Position numbers and translations under genes: made by a program. A stretch of 63,438 nt of DNA from a virus (Duplodnaviria > Caudoviricetes), in the IMG/VR virus record IMGVR_UViG_3300046170_000254, positions 1 to 63,438 of that record; one strand, 5' to 3'. Positions 41,456 to 52,746 of the stretch are shown here, piece after piece; positions within the stretch are counted from its first letter, which is position 1, and the number at the start of each line of letters is the position of its first letter. Under the pieces are notes generated by a model that had not been told where the DNA came from, did no database searches, and worked only from the letters and a program-made list of their open reading frames with translations.

Positions 41456-43873
41456 TTATCTAGGCTCAAACTGCTCTAAGCCAAATCCCCCAAGAGTATC
41501 AAATCCTGAAGATTCAAAATCTTTTGGTGGTTTATTATTTTTTCTTTGGTCAATCAATTCTGACTGTTGAGACGCTTGGATTTTTGTTCTTTTATCCTTG
41601 CGGTCTTCCTTGAATGTTTCTTTATCTTTAATTACTTGTAAATCTAGTTCTTTAAGCTGCTTACTTAGCTCAAACTCATACGTCATAAGCTCTTTCTTAA
41701 AAGCAACTTCTTGTTCCATTTTTTGCATTTCAAGAGTATGCTCTGTTGTTTTTAACTGAGCTTTTGTTTGAGTTATAACTTGTTCTTTTTGCGCATCTGC
41801 CGCTGCTGCAGCTTGAGCTGCTTTTGCATTAGATTCTGATTGTAGATTTATATTTTCTACTTGGCGTTGTCTATCATCCGCAGCTTTCTTACGTCTTCTT
41901 AATTTTAAGAATTCGTTTGCTAACTTTAAGTTTTTAATATTTCTAATATCAATAGCGTCTTCTAAAAATATCTGATCTTTAGATAAAGCCATTTGTATAT
42001 TATTTTCTAAAAGTTGTTTTTCTTCTTCGTCTGGCGCTAAGTCTAAAAATATACCAAAATCATGCAAATGCAAATCCTCCAGATCTTTTAGTATACCAAC
42101 ATTATATTTACCAATACTTTGTATAAAATTATTTCTAGTATTAGAATACTCAAGAACATCAGATATTCTTAAAGAAACTGCTTCTGCTGTTTTTAAAGTT
42201 AAATATAATCCAGCTTGCAGTATATGTCTAGTAGCAGTATTTGAATTTGCTGCTGCTATTTTTTGTAAACCTACTAAAGCGTTTTTATCTGGAGTACTAC
42301 CATCTCTTGCTTCGTTTAGACCCGTTACATCACGAATCATCTGCAAATAATAGTTATAAGAATTTATTAAACTAGATATTTTAGCATTAGCTCCTGATGT
42401 TTGTAATTCCTGTATAGGTACTCTACCGTGATTAAACTCTCCATCTTGAGTCATTGATCTACCAATAACAGAACCTGTTTGGAAGTACATGTTTAATGCT
42501 TCCTGCGGATTATAATTTGTTCCATTGCCTAAATCAATTTCAGCAATACCATCTGCATCTAAAAATACTCCATCCGGTACCATTCTTGATAAAACCTGTT
42601 GCAGCTTTAAATGAGTGATTTGAATCATATCAGCAAATGTTGTCATTCTGCTTACTAAAGATTCAATTGCCCCTTTATACATTCTAGGAGCTACAATGTT
42701 ATAACTAAATTGTGTTTTAGTTGTATCAGCTTTAGGTCTAGTCATATTTTCAGCTAACTGCCATTTAAGCAATTTATTATGACCAATGATTTTAGCACCT
42801 TCGTATATAACCTCTATAGATCTTGAAACTTTTTCAAATCTTGCTCTTTGATCTTTAGGTGGATTAAAAGTATCATCTTTTTTAATAGCTTTGCTAGCGC
42901 CAGTAGATGTATCTTTTATTTTATAAACTTGATTCTTAAATGTTTTATATTCAAAGTACAATACATAAACAAAAGAATTATCTGAAGCATCTGAAGCTGA
43001 GTAGGACTTATTATACAACATTGCGTTGCTACCTTTGTTTTCAATTTCTTCTAAATCTTCCGTAGTTAATTCAGGATATTGTTTTTTAAGATCAACTAGT
43101 GAGACTCTTCGCACTTCGCCTACGTAATAAATATCATCAAAATATGGTGATTCGGTATATGAATACACAATATCAGCAGGATCTACATATTGAATACTTA
43201 TTCCCTCAGCAGTGTTAAAGCTATTTTTACTACAAGACATACCAATAACGGTAGCATCGTAGTTTAATCTTCTTCTTATTAAATCGTATTTGTTATAGTC
43301 AAACACATTATTTACAGCTTCTTCTTCTGCTATTTCAATAGATTGTTTATAATCTAATTGCATGTGCAGCTCGAGTTCTTCTTCTGTTTCAGGAAGCTTT
43401 TCCTTGTCATTTTCATAAACATCAATACCTAGCTCCTGTTGTATTTGATCAGATATTTCTTTCGTTTGCATATCACGTAGCATTGATTCTATATAATCAC
43501 TACGTTTTTTAATAGATGCTGGGTCTTGTGAATATGCTTTAATGTCATAACTTCTTTCAGACATACCATTTACAACTATATCTACAAACTTTGGAATAAT
43601 TGGTACAGGCTTCCAATCTAAATTCAAATAAGATAAATCACCATTAATAGATAATTCATCTTTATATTTTTGAATAGACTGTTCACCTCTAGCGTACAAT
43701 CTTAATCTATGGAAATTATCTCTATTAGCAAAATAACGGGATGTGCCGGAATCTCTTTTAAACCATTCAGATTCAATTGCTCTAGAAATTTCTAGCCCAT
43801 ATTCATTACTGGATTTTTCAGCATCTGAAACCGCTTGGCTCGGAAATATACCTTTTGTTTGCGTTTGTACCAT
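41456..43873 (-). CDS. Portal protein
   Basis: RLYARGEQ, LDWKPVPIIPKFVD, TGLNEARDGS, coiled-coil C-terminus; follows terminase. Confidence 0.88.
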   Translation of the reverse strand: MVQTQTKGIFPSQAVSDAEKSSNEYGLEISRAIESEWFKRDSGTSRYFANRDNFHRLRLYARGEQSIQKYKDELSINGDLSYLNLDWKPVPIIPKFVDIVVNGMSERSYDIKAYSQDPASIKKRSDYIESMLRDMQTKEISDQIQQELGIDVYENDKEKLPETEEELELHMQLDYKQSIEIAEEEAVNNVFDYNKYDLIRRRLNYDATVIGMSCSKNSFNTAEGISIQYVDPADIVYSYTESPYFDDIYYVGEVRRVSLVDLKKQYPELTTEDLEEIENKGSNAMLYNKSYSASDASDNSFVYVLYFEYKTFKNQVYKIKDTSTGASKAIKKDDTFNPPKDQRARFEKVSRSIEVIYEGAKIIGHNKLLKWQLAENMTRPKADTTKTQFSYNIVAPRMYKGAIESLVSRMTTFADMIQITHLKLQQVLSRMVPDGVFLDADGIAEIDLGNGTNYNPQEALNMYFQTGSVIGRSMTQDGEFNHGRVPIQELQTSGANAKISSLINSYNYYLQMIRDVTGLNEARDGSTPDKNALVGLQKIAAANSNTATRHILQAGLYLTLKTAEAVSLRISDVLEYSNTRNNFIQSIGKYNVGILKDLEDLHLHDFGIFLDLAPDEEEKQLLENNIQMALSKDQIFLEDAIDIRNIKNLKLANEFLKLRRRKKAADDRQRQVENINLQSESNAKAAQAAAAADAQKEQVITQTKAQLKTTEHTLEMQKMEQEVAFKKELMTYEFELSKQLKELDLQVIKDKETFKEDRKDKRTKIQASQQSELIDQRKNNKPPKDFESSGFDTLGGFGLEQFEPR

Positions 43874-46081
43874 TTATTTTATTATTTTTGAAGTATCTCC
43901 TTGATTGTTATATTTTTTAAAACCAAAGTCTAATACCTTTTTACTTGTAGTAACTTTAGGTTGGTATGAATGTTTGTTACAAGCTATAATAGCTAAACCA
44001 GAACTAATAGATGCATCAAACTTTGTTCTATTATTTATATTAAATTTTGACCAGTCGTTTAAAGTAGTATTAAAATATATATTGCCACTACCGCCATCTT
44101 GTTGCATTCCAACATATTTTTCAATATACGTTTCTATTGCTGCTGCATGCACTTGTTTTATATCTTCAGAAGAGTTAGGCATTCCACCTATTTCTTTTTC
44201 AGTAACAGAAAGCTTATTCAAAAGCTTATCGGGTCTATTCATTGAATATCCTCTATAACCTCTTCGCTTTAAGTAATACAATAATCTCGGTTTATTGTTC
44301 TCAGCCAATATAGGCATGCCGTAAAATACTAATGACATTAATACATCTTCAAAAAATATTTCAGCAGTTTGTGGCCTAGCAATATATTCTAAAAAAAACG
44401 TGTTAGGCGGTGCATCTTCCATACTAAATTTAGTAAGCCCGTGCAATGCGCCTTTTGATCCTTTTCCGTCAGTTGTTCCCGATATATCATAAGAATCACA
44501 CCCAAAAGCACCTACATGCTCATTACCAGGGTATTTGGCTCCATTCTTTATTATTACACGATTTTGTAGATTTAAACCTGGAACCCAAGCAATATTAAAC
44601 CTTCCGTCTTTATTCGGGTAAAATATTACTTTCGTATCTTTAATTCCATTTTCCCATTGAAAATTTCCTTTTACAACAGCACCTGATGAAACAACCCCTT
44701 CATTATAATCTATCTGTTCGTATATTTTAACTAAATTAAATATACTATTTTTGCTTTCATCTCTAAAAGCGTGTTCCTCTGTTCTAGGGAATTGTCTATA
44801 AAATTCATTTAAACCGCTTTTGTCATCTCTTAAACCATCTGCTTCGTTTTCCCAAAACTCAATTACTCCAATATCAATGGGCTCTTGATCGTTTCCAATA
44901 ACGGGTTTTTCTGGTGTATCAAATACAGGGTGTCCATAAGAATCAATGTATCCTTCGTAGTTCCATTCCATAGGTATGAACAAACTATATAATCCCGAGC
45001 TAGTCTGTCCATTGCGATTTCGTTTTGTAACATCTGATGCTTTGTATAATTTTTTAAAGTTTTCCCCACCTTTATCTAAAGAGTTTGAGGTAGAACCCAT
45101 CATACATTTACCTATAATTCTACTACCTAATCTTAATGTTGTTTTTGTTACCCTCCAGTTATTTAATATATTATCTGGTTTTTCCCATTTGCCAGATTCA
45201 TCATGTACTAACAACCTAAGCTTCTCACCATCATAACTGTTATCTCCAGTATTTTTCCAGTCTATTGTTGTATCGAGCCCTTCAAGAATTTTTTCTTCAT
45301 TGGTCGAGGTAATGGATTTTTTGGTAAGCTTTGACGCGGGTACCCTGTACGCGAGTTCTGATTTCGGCCTATCCATTCCATCTTGTATTGGTTTAAAGAA
45401 GAACGGTAAATTGAGTGATATCGGAACGACTTTATCGGTAAACATCTTCTTAGCATCAGCTCCAGATTTGGACAATATCCCGAAGCGTGAGTCTGAAGTA
45501 ATTGTAGCCTGATTGACGGTTTCACTCGAAGACATGAAACTAAATCCGGATCTACGGTTTTTAAGATAACACATTCCATAACAACGTTTGTCCGCTTTGC
45601 ATGCTTCCCAAAAAATGAAGAACAATCTATTAGCCTCTCTGAAGTCTGGCTTCCCAACATCAATCTTGGTCCACTGCAAGTACATATAATGAGAGCCAGT
45701 GATATAAGTAGGAACGTTTTTGTTGTTAAACCAAAAACCTTTTTCGCGGCGCGTAAATTCAGTATCAATATATTCAAACCATTTATTTTTAAATTCTTCA
45801 GGATAATTTTCCCAATCAAAAATAGTTTTAATATTTTTTAATTCATTAGGATAATCTTTAGCAACCCATCTATCGTTTTCTTTATTTACTTTACCAGCTT
45901 TGGGCAATGCTATTTTTAAATTTTGTATTTCATATATTTCGCCAATCTGCCCAGTCCTGCTTATAACAATAACATCGTGTTCTTTATTATAACCATATTT
46001 CCAAGATTTACTTCTATTAAGTCTATCTATCGTGGTTAATTTAATAGGTTCAACTATTTTTAACAGTTTTTGCTCGTACAT
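43874..46081 (-). CDS. terL: Terminase large subunit
   Basis: KNRRSGFS (Walker A-like), LLVHDESGK (Walker B), GSTSN, nuclease GCDSYD...AENN...FDASI. Confidence 0.92.
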   Translation of the reverse strand: MYEQKLLKIVEPIKLTTIDRLNRSKSWKYGYNKEHDVIVISRTGQIGEIYEIQNLKIALPKAGKVNKENDRWVAKDYPNELKNIKTIFDWENYPEEFKNKWFEYIDTEFTRREKGFWFNNKNVPTYITGSHYMYLQWTKIDVGKPDFREANRLFFIFWEACKADKRCYGMCYLKNRRSGFSFMSSSETVNQATITSDSRFGILSKSGADAKKMFTDKVVPISLNLPFFFKPIQDGMDRPKSELAYRVPASKLTKKSITSTNEEKILEGLDTTIDWKNTGDNSYDGEKLRLLVHDESGKWEKPDNILNNWRVTKTTLRLGSRIIGKCMMGSTSNSLDKGGENFKKLYKASDVTKRNRNGQTSSGLYSLFIPMEWNYEGYIDSYGHPVFDTPEKPVIGNDQEPIDIGVIEFWENEADGLRDDKSGLNEFYRQFPRTEEHAFRDESKNSIFNLVKIYEQIDYNEGVVSSGAVVKGNFQWENGIKDTKVIFYPNKDGRFNIAWVPGLNLQNRVIIKNGAKYPGNEHVGAFGCDSYDISGTTDGKGSKGALHGLTKFSMEDAPPNTFFLEYIARPQTAEIFFEDVLMSLVFYGMPILAENNKPRLLYYLKRRGYRGYSMNRPDKLLNKLSVTEKEIGGMPNSSEDIKQVHAAAIETYIEKYVGMQQDGGSGNIYFNTTLNDWSKFNINNRTKFDASISSGLAIIACNKHSYQPKVTTSKKVLDFGFKKYNNQGDTSKIIK

Positions 46082-46359
46082 TATTTAGATCTTTTTTCTG
46101 CAAACCCACCAAACGATTTTTCTTCTTTTTTAATAGGTTTGTTTTCAAGCATTGCTTTTTCAGCGTCTATTCTATTAAGTATTTCAAACGCGTCAAATAT
46201 TGCAAGCTTTTTTGTTGCAGCAGCATTTTTTAATCTATCAGCAGCAAGTTCATCTTCACCTCCGTCAACAATAATTTCTTCTTCTGCAACTTTTATAAGT
46301 TCTTCAACTGCTTTGTACCCAGATTGGATTATACGATTCTTCTGTTCCTTTGATGTCAT
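46081..46359 (-). CDS. Putative terminase small subunit
   Basis: Helical 92-aa ORF abutting terL. Confidence 0.6.
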   Translation of the reverse strand: MTSKEQKNRIIQSGYKAVEELIKVAEEEIIVDGGEDELAADRLKNAAATKKLAIFDAFEILNRIDAEKAMLENKPIKKEEKSFGGFAEKRSK

Positions 46360-46900
46360 ATTTAATAGTAATAGATTTAATTGGCACTCTGTAAAGACGT
46401 TTTTTGTCTATAATAAACTCGTATTCTGAATCAGGAGAAAAACCTACAAGCGTATCTTTGCTATACACGCCATCTGAATACGTTACTAAGCCTTTTAATG
46501 GCTCTTCATTATCTTCTGATATAATAGTATCAATTTGTTTTTTTATTGGCTGTACGAAGCAAAAACCGTCCGTAGCTTTCCAATTGTTATTTTGCTTGTA
46601 TAAAAAGATTTGATCTAAATAACAGAAGTATAAATTTTCTTTAAAATGATTCGTGCTATTTTTTTCGTTTCCCTGTATGTCATAAAATCTTCTAAACACA
46701 TTGTGATGTACTATTATTTCGTCCCCTGGTTTGATATTTGTATTAAACGCTTTTGGAACTGAAATAACAATAGCTGATCTACTTACAAAGTTATGATCTT
46801 CTATTGATGTGTTAAGTATTAGATTTTTATTTTGTACTTTTTTTGTATTATTGTATCTTTTTTCTTTAGGTTTTATTATAAAAGAATATATACTATTCAT
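46304..46900 (-). CDS. Tandem GroES-like domain protein
   Basis: FIIKP...AIVISVP....IKPGDEIIVHHN, then FCFVQP...GLVTY...VGF...EYEF.ID..LYRV. Confidence 0.55.
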   Translation of the reverse strand: MNSIYSFIIKPKEKRYNNTKKVQNKNLILNTSIEDHNFVSRSAIVISVPKAFNTNIKPGDEIIVHHNVFRRFYDIQGNEKNSTNHFKENLYFCYLDQIFLYKQNNNWKATDGFCFVQPIKKQIDTIISEDNEEPLKGLVTYSDGVYSKDTLVGFSPDSEYEFIIDKKRLYRVPIKSITIKYDIKGTEESYNPIWVQSS

Positions 46901-47114
46901 AATTTAAATTAAATTCAATACTAATAGCCATGTTTTTATTAAAAGATTTCCAAGGCAAAACCTCTTTATTCTTTTTTATATATACAACATAACTTTCTTC
47001 TCTTTCTAATATATCACATATTTGATGGCCACCGTAAACTTCTTGGCCTACACTATAGTGCATTGCATCATTTTTGTAATCGCGGCCTATGCTTATTTTT
47101 CTTATTAAATTCAT
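46893..47114 (-). CDS. Hypothetical protein
   Basis: IRKISIG.DYK..AMHY.VGQ; overlaps the next gene. Confidence 0.65.
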   Translation of the reverse strand: MNLIRKISIGRDYKNDAMHYSVGQEVYGGHQICDILEREESYVVYIKKNKEVLPWKSFNKNMAISIEFNLNYE

Positions 47115-47131
47115 TTTATTTAATTATTGTT

Positions 47132-49472
47132 TTATGCTATTGCTAAATAGATGTATGTTTCGTTAAGGGCATTTGTTCCCAAATCAGTTAAAAGTAGTTC
47201 AAACCCATCATCAGTAAAATTTAAAACATTAGCAGTTCCTTCTTGACTTGGTGAATCTGCAAGTAAATATTTATTACGAGGATTTGATGGGCTTCTAATA
47301 TCATCTATCATAACCCAACTATGTCCACTTGATGATGTAAGTTTATACATTACAAATCTTGGTCTAAACCCTCCGTTTCCTGTAGCAGTTCCATCATCAG
47401 TAGTATAAACTCTTTTACCCGAAACACCACTTCCTGAATAGGTGGACACTCGCTGATAAGAATCCACTGAATGGAAGCAGTAAGCGATATGGTCGTCAGG
47501 GTCATTAGCATCCGCAGCTTGTGTGTTATCCCCTAACGTAAAAACAGTTGATGTTGGTGCAGTATCATTCCATATAGGTAAATCAAATTTAGCGTTGTTT
47601 GTAAATCTTAAAAAATAATTTTCAGGATTTGCATCAACACCACTATGATATATTGCCCAATGTCTTGCTGCCCCTGAATTTTCAAGATTTTTTACAATAA
47701 TCATTTCAGGAGCTTGACTTAGCCCGTGAGCAACAGTACCTACATTTGTTGTTCCTGTGTACTTCACAATACTAAACCCTGCATCTTGATTAGCCCTGAC
47801 ATCACTTGCTATTGTATTACCTACTGTATTAGCTGCTATTGTTGTAGTAGTGTCAGCTGCTTTCCAACACCAAGCAACGTGTCCTTCATTGTTTGCATTT
47901 GCTGCTGTACCGTTACCTATGGTAAATCCATTGGAATCAAAAGAAAGAACACCATAACCTCCTCCATAAGTTTGCTCGGATTGGGTGGTTTCTGAATGTA
48001 ACCACTTGTCGGCTCCTCTAACACTATCAAAAAGACCGTGCTGCTCTGAATCGTCTCTATTCTTTATCCAAACCAAATCAGGTTGAAATGCCATACCTAA
48101 AAAGTTTATGTTTGCAGGTGTTCCGTCATATTTAACATTTGCTGCTTCATCAATATATGCTGCTGTACCATTCCAAGTAGCATTATAAGAACCACTCTCA
48201 TCATCGGGTGTATTGTCTAATTTATATAATGCTTTTCCATTTCCATCACCAAAATAATCTACTGTTGATGGTGAAGTTTCATTATACAAACTATCGATGT
48301 CCGATTGAGACAATTGCCTATTAAATATTCTAACTTGGTCTATTTGTCCTTCAAGATTAAATCCTCCTGAAGGATGCGAACCTAAAAATGTACCTACATT
48401 ACTCGTTTGTCTATATGTACTTGCTCCTTTATAAACTTTATCAAAATATCCTTTATAAGAACTTGAACCATCAGAAGTAACAACTATATGATGCCAATTT
48501 GAATCTACTGCCCCTAAATTTATATCGCTTCCCCCTCCATTTATTAATGCGTACGCGCCTGCAAAACCCCAATTAGCGTGAATTTGAAAAGTTGAATTAG
48601 TTGTTTCTGTTGAAAATACTGCATCAGTAGCTGCATTAGGAGCTTTTACCCAAAGAGAAAGACCAAAATTTTTAGTATTTAATATTGTATCAATACCTGA
48701 AGGAAGTTGAATATAGTTTTGATTTGTATTTGTAAAAGAAGCACTCTGTCCTGCATCTATTGCTACCCCTGTATCATTAGCATCCTCGTCTAACTCATAT
48801 AAAGCAACACCTGAACCATCTTCAAAATAATCTGTAGTTGATTTTTTAGGGTCTGCATAGGTTTCTGATGCTAATTGTCCTACTTGTGTTGAGTTTAATC
48901 CAATGTCAAAGATTCTTACTTGGTCTATTTTACCATCATAATAAGTTCCTGAAGGAGAGGCGGTATTTCTATAGCCAATCCCAAAAGCAACATTTACAGA
49001 TAAACTTGCAGTTGCACTTACAGGGGTATAACCTGTACCATCTATATATAAAGTAGCAGTAGTTCCGTTATAACTCGCCACATATGTGATGCCAATTTCC
49101 ATCATTTATTGCTCCTGTATGTGTTGCTGAAAATATACCACTTCCTCCATTACTTGCACCAAAAGTTATAATTCCCGAAGCCATTGACAAAAAGCACCAA
49201 TTTGTGCCATCATTTGAAGAAATAATGTGGTAATTTGCTCCTGATGATGTGGTATTAATCCAACAAGAAAGTGTTATTTGAGAAAATCCATTAGGATTTA
49301 ATGTTGTTACTATTTTACTACTACTTCCATTAAAAGCAGCACCTTTTCTAATATACCCTGTTATCTTTTGTGTTGAGCCATTGCCTGTGTAAGTAACGGT
49401 CTCAAAGTTCTGTAAAGGGTCAAATGCTGCTGCCGCAGCCTCTCCTGTATTAACTAATCTTTTTCCAACCAT
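47132..49472 (-). CDS. Tail fibre/adhesin with LamG (ConA-like) repeats; frameshift near 49080
   Basis: ORFs 49068..49472 and 47132..49105; WHHI, G.IDQVRIF repeats; FQPDLVWIKNR; ends YIYLAIA. Confidence 0.8.
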
Positions 49473-49936
49473 TATATAAAGCTTGGTAGTTGATATTCCG
49501 CAACCTCTGCTTGTGTTGTTAATGCATTAATTGCTGTTTCGTGTGTATTACAGTCTATATTGAGCTGTGCTCTTTTATCTATAACGTTTTGTGGGACTGC
49601 TGTTTCTAGTGCTGTAAGTCTTATATAATACCAATCTGTTTTAGAAAGCTCAGTGTTATATATAGATTTTAAATTAGCTATTTTAGCTTCTTTCATTTCT
49701 CCAATAGCCTGAGTCCATACCTTATCAATAACAGGGTATGTGAATACAGAAGCATCAGCGTCCCATTCAATGTCTCCTAAGCTTTGTGTTGAATTATTAT
49801 GCTCAGGCGTTACTACAGGATAAAATCCATAAGAAGATCCATCTGTGATGTTTAAATGCGTTCCATTTTCATCTGTCCATACTTTTGGTAAGGCAGTGAA
49901 CTTTTTAATTGCTCCTTCGTGTTGTATTGCTATCAT
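49472..49936 (-). CDS. Tail fibre assembly chaperone-like protein
   Basis: LSKTDW...R..L motif. Confidence 0.55.
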   Translation of the reverse strand: MIAIQHEGAIKKFTALPKVWTDENGTHLNITDGSSYGFYPVVTPEHNNSTQSLGDIEWDADASVFTYPVIDKVWTQAIGEMKEAKIANLKSIYNTELSKTDWYYIRLTALETAVPQNVIDKRAQLNIDCNTHETAINALTTQAEVAEYQLPSFI

Positions 49937-50253
49937 ACTGCTTGTTGACTAATTGATGCCCACTGTTCGGTTGCACCGTTGGTTGATACTATTTGAATAA
50001 GGTTTGATACTGTTCCGTCATACGTTCCAGATATAACTTTAACTGATGCTGGAAGTGTTAAGGTAAATTCTCCTGAAATTACGAGGTCTTTAACCATTCC
50101 TGTAGATATGTTTGAAAACGTTAATGTTGTGTCCACTGATAATGTTTTTGTAAACACTTGAGCAGAGGTAAAATCAACATCATTAGCTGACATTGCTTCT
50201 ATTGTTGTAAACTCATCAGCTAAAACATTTGATGTGATTTTTGTTAGTGCCAT
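49933..50253 (-). CDS. Small tail fibre-associated protein
   Basis: MALTK N-terminus shared with 51138..52367. Confidence 0.55.
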   Translation of the reverse strand: MALTKITSNVLADEFTTIEAMSANDVDFTSAQVFTKTLSVDTTLTFSNISTGMVKDLVISGEFTLTLPASVKVISGTYDGTVSNLIQIVSTNGATEQWASISQQAV

Positions 50254-50263
50254 AATTATTTAT

Positions 50264-50662
50264 TTATTCTGTTATTAAATCCCAATTTGTTGTTTCTTCA
50301 TTCCAAGTGTATTGTTGTCCATCATCTGGATAAGCTATAGGTGCTTCCCATAAACAGCTAGTTTCATTTAAAACCCAGCTATCAAATGGCTGTGAAGGAA
50401 TAAAAGCATCACGAGTTTCATCGTATGTATATCCTATTCCAGCATAGTTTTTTCTAAATGCTTTTGATTGATCCGCACTAGGCTCATTTGTTACAGGATC
50501 ATAATGCACTCCGCCTCTGGTATTATAAGAAGTGCGCTTGCATAATTGTCCAAACATATGCTGATAAACTAACTCAATATTAGTATCGGTTTCATCCTCA
50601 TTTTTGCCTGTGCAAACTTTAGTCACTATGTTTTGATAGTTTAGTAGACTGTAGTGTGCCAT
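50264..50662 (-). CDS. Fibre-associated protein
   Basis: MAHY...RTSYN...FRKNYAGIGY.YD..RDAF...W.AP. Confidence 0.65.
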   Translation of the reverse strand: MAHYSLLNYQNIVTKVCTGKNEDETDTNIELVYQHMFGQLCKRTSYNTRGGVHYDPVTNEPSADQSKAFRKNYAGIGYTYDETRDAFIPSQPFDSWVLNETSCLWEAPIAYPDDGQQYTWNEETTNWDLITE

Positions 50663-51111
50663 CTTTCTAATAATTTATAATTTTTATATTTTTTATCAAG
50701 TTTTCTATAGCATCTTGAATACATTGTGGTATATTTTATATTATAATATTCCGCTGCTTCTTTTACGCTATTGAATATTTTACCATTTACTGATACTTTC
50801 CTTTGGCTTCTCCTTGAATCATCGCTTTTAATTTCACCGCCAGTTCTGCCTCCTATTGCATCATTTTTTAAATTATATGAATTTTTATTCTCTTTAGCTT
50901 TATGACTTTCTAAATGTAGTTTTTCTATCATTCTATAATCATCACCCTCATATAATATGTGTCTTGTAAAATTTTCAATGCCATATTTATTTACCGCTCT
51001 ATTAAAACAAATACCACTTCCAGTATATCCATCATCAGTAGTTCCTTTATGACTACCAGAATACCACTTTCCATTTAAATTATTAACCCATTTGTAAACG
51101 TATCCTGACAT
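50641..51111 (-). mobile_element. Free-standing GIY-YIG (Seg-like) homing endonuclease with a NUMOD-type HTH
   Basis: GYVYKWVN..NGKWYSGSH...Y.GSG...KYG.ENF; FNSVKEAAEYYNI. Confidence 0.85.
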
Positions 51112-51137
51112 TTATCTTTATTTATTATTAATTTTTA

Positions 51138-52367
51138 TCATGCTACTGTAAATTCTATAGTTCCATCTCCAGCTGTGAATGTTGTTATTTTATTTCCAGA
51201 TACTGTAGTATCATCAGTAGTAAATGACAATACATTACCTCCAGAGGTTGTTTCTGTTATTGTGTAAGTATCTGGATAGCGCAATATAACTACTCCAGAA
51301 CCACCCGCGCCCCCACCTGGACCATCCATAGTACCACCACCCCCACCAGAGCCTGTATTTGTAGAGCCTTGATTTCCAGGAGCACCAGCATCTCCTCCCC
51401 CTCCAGTTCCACCAGAGCCAGGGGTTCTACCTAAATCGCTTCTACTTCCACCGCCACCACCACCAGCTCTTGTTATTGGTGAGCCAGTAATTGATGAACT
51501 TAAACCATTACCTCCATTTGCTCCATTTACAGTTGTAGCATCTGCACCTACAGAGCCAGCACCACCTCCACCACCAGCACTTTCAAAACTGTTACCACCA
51601 TCACCACCATCAAAACCTTGAATAACTGGTGAAGTAACAGCAGTACCACCAGTCCCTAAAACGTGACCACCCCCACCTCCAGAACCGCCAGTTCCAGTAT
51701 TATTTCCACCTGCCTGACCATATCCACCTCCTGTTGATGTTATACTTGCAAAAACAGAATTTGAACCAGCTGCGCCATTATTATTAACGCCTGCGGCTTG
51801 AGCTCCACCACCTCCGCCAGGTCCAACTGTAACAGTATAATTTGTAGAAGGTAATAATGATAAACTTGGTTCAGATGGTTGATTACCTCCAGAATTTTCA
51901 CCTGCATAAGAATTTCTATAACCCCCTGCTCCTCCTCCACCAGCAGCTCTATTACCTCCGCCTCCACCGCCAGCAATCACTAAATAATCAACTGTTAAAT
52001 CTGGTGCAGCAGCAGCTCCACCTCCAGCATCATTAGCAATAAGCCAACCTTTAGTAGCGTCTGAATAAACTAATGTTTTTGATACTTTATCTGTGGATAA
52101 TACCAAATCATCAGCAGCACCTTTTATATTATCACTCGATGTGATTGTAATATTATTTGTAGAGGCATTAGCTCCATAGTCAATAAGACTAATCTCATCA
52201 CCAGCTGTAGGTGAACTTGGTAATGTAACTGTAATTGCAGTACTTGTAGTGTCTACAAAATAACCCTCTCCAGCGACTGCAGTAAAGCTAGCTGTCTTTG
52301 GAGTAGCTTGCCAGTCTGTTCCTAAAGAACCGTCAATTAAATCTGTTGTAAGTTTTGTTAATGCCAT
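51138..52367 (-). CDS. Glycine-rich tail fibre protein
   Basis: YLVIAGGGGG...GGSGVVILRY. Confidence 0.8.
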   Translation of the reverse strand: MALTKLTTDLIDGSLGTDWQATPKTASFTAVAGEGYFVDTTSTAITVTLPSSPTAGDEISLIDYGANASTNNITITSSDNIKGAADDLVLSTDKVSKTLVYSDATKGWLIANDAGGGAAAAPDLTVDYLVIAGGGGGGNRAAGGGGAGGYRNSYAGENSGGNQPSEPSLSLLPSTNYTVTVGPGGGGGAQAAGVNNNGAAGSNSVFASITSTGGGYGQAGGNNTGTGGSGGGGGHVLGTGGTAVTSPVIQGFDGGDGGNSFESAGGGGGAGSVGADATTVNGANGGNGLSSSITGSPITRAGGGGGGSRSDLGRTPGSGGTGGGGDAGAPGNQGSTNTGSGGGGGTMDGPGGGAGGSGVVILRYPDTYTITETTSGGNVLSFTTDDTTVSGNKITTFTAGDGTIEFTVA

Positions 52368-52383
52368 ACTGTAAAATTACAAT

Positions 52384-52737
52384 TTATAATTCAGCTGGTG
52401 CTGTTGGTTTGGTATCTGGAAAATCTTCTGTTGCTGTCCAGTCTCTTAATTCTTGTCTATATGTTAGCCATGCCGAACGGTTTGGGTAGTCCGTTAATGG
52501 AACTATAAAATCAGTTGATTGCAATTCTATATCTCTCCAGGCTCTTGCTTCGGTTTCTATTTCTTCTTGGCTTTTTACTGGTGCAGCAAAATTTGTTCCG
52601 TCATATGACCAACCTATTCCACATTCAGTAGATGTAACGTCAACCGTTGTGTAAGCTAGTGTATCTCCAAATTCTTTTGTTGCTATAATTATATTATCTA
52701 CAAGACTGTTTTTTATTATTGCTATTTTATTTTCCAT
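52384..52737 (-). CDS. Tail fibre assembly chaperone
   Basis: RAWRD.EL..TD...W..YRQELRD. Confidence 0.75.
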   Translation of the reverse strand: MENKIAIIKNSLVDNIIIATKEFGDTLAYTTVDVTSTECGIGWSYDGTNFAAPVKSQEEIETEARAWRDIELQSTDFIVPLTDYPNRSAWLTYRQELRDWTATEDFPDTKPTAPAEL

Positions 52738-52746
52738 AATTATATT

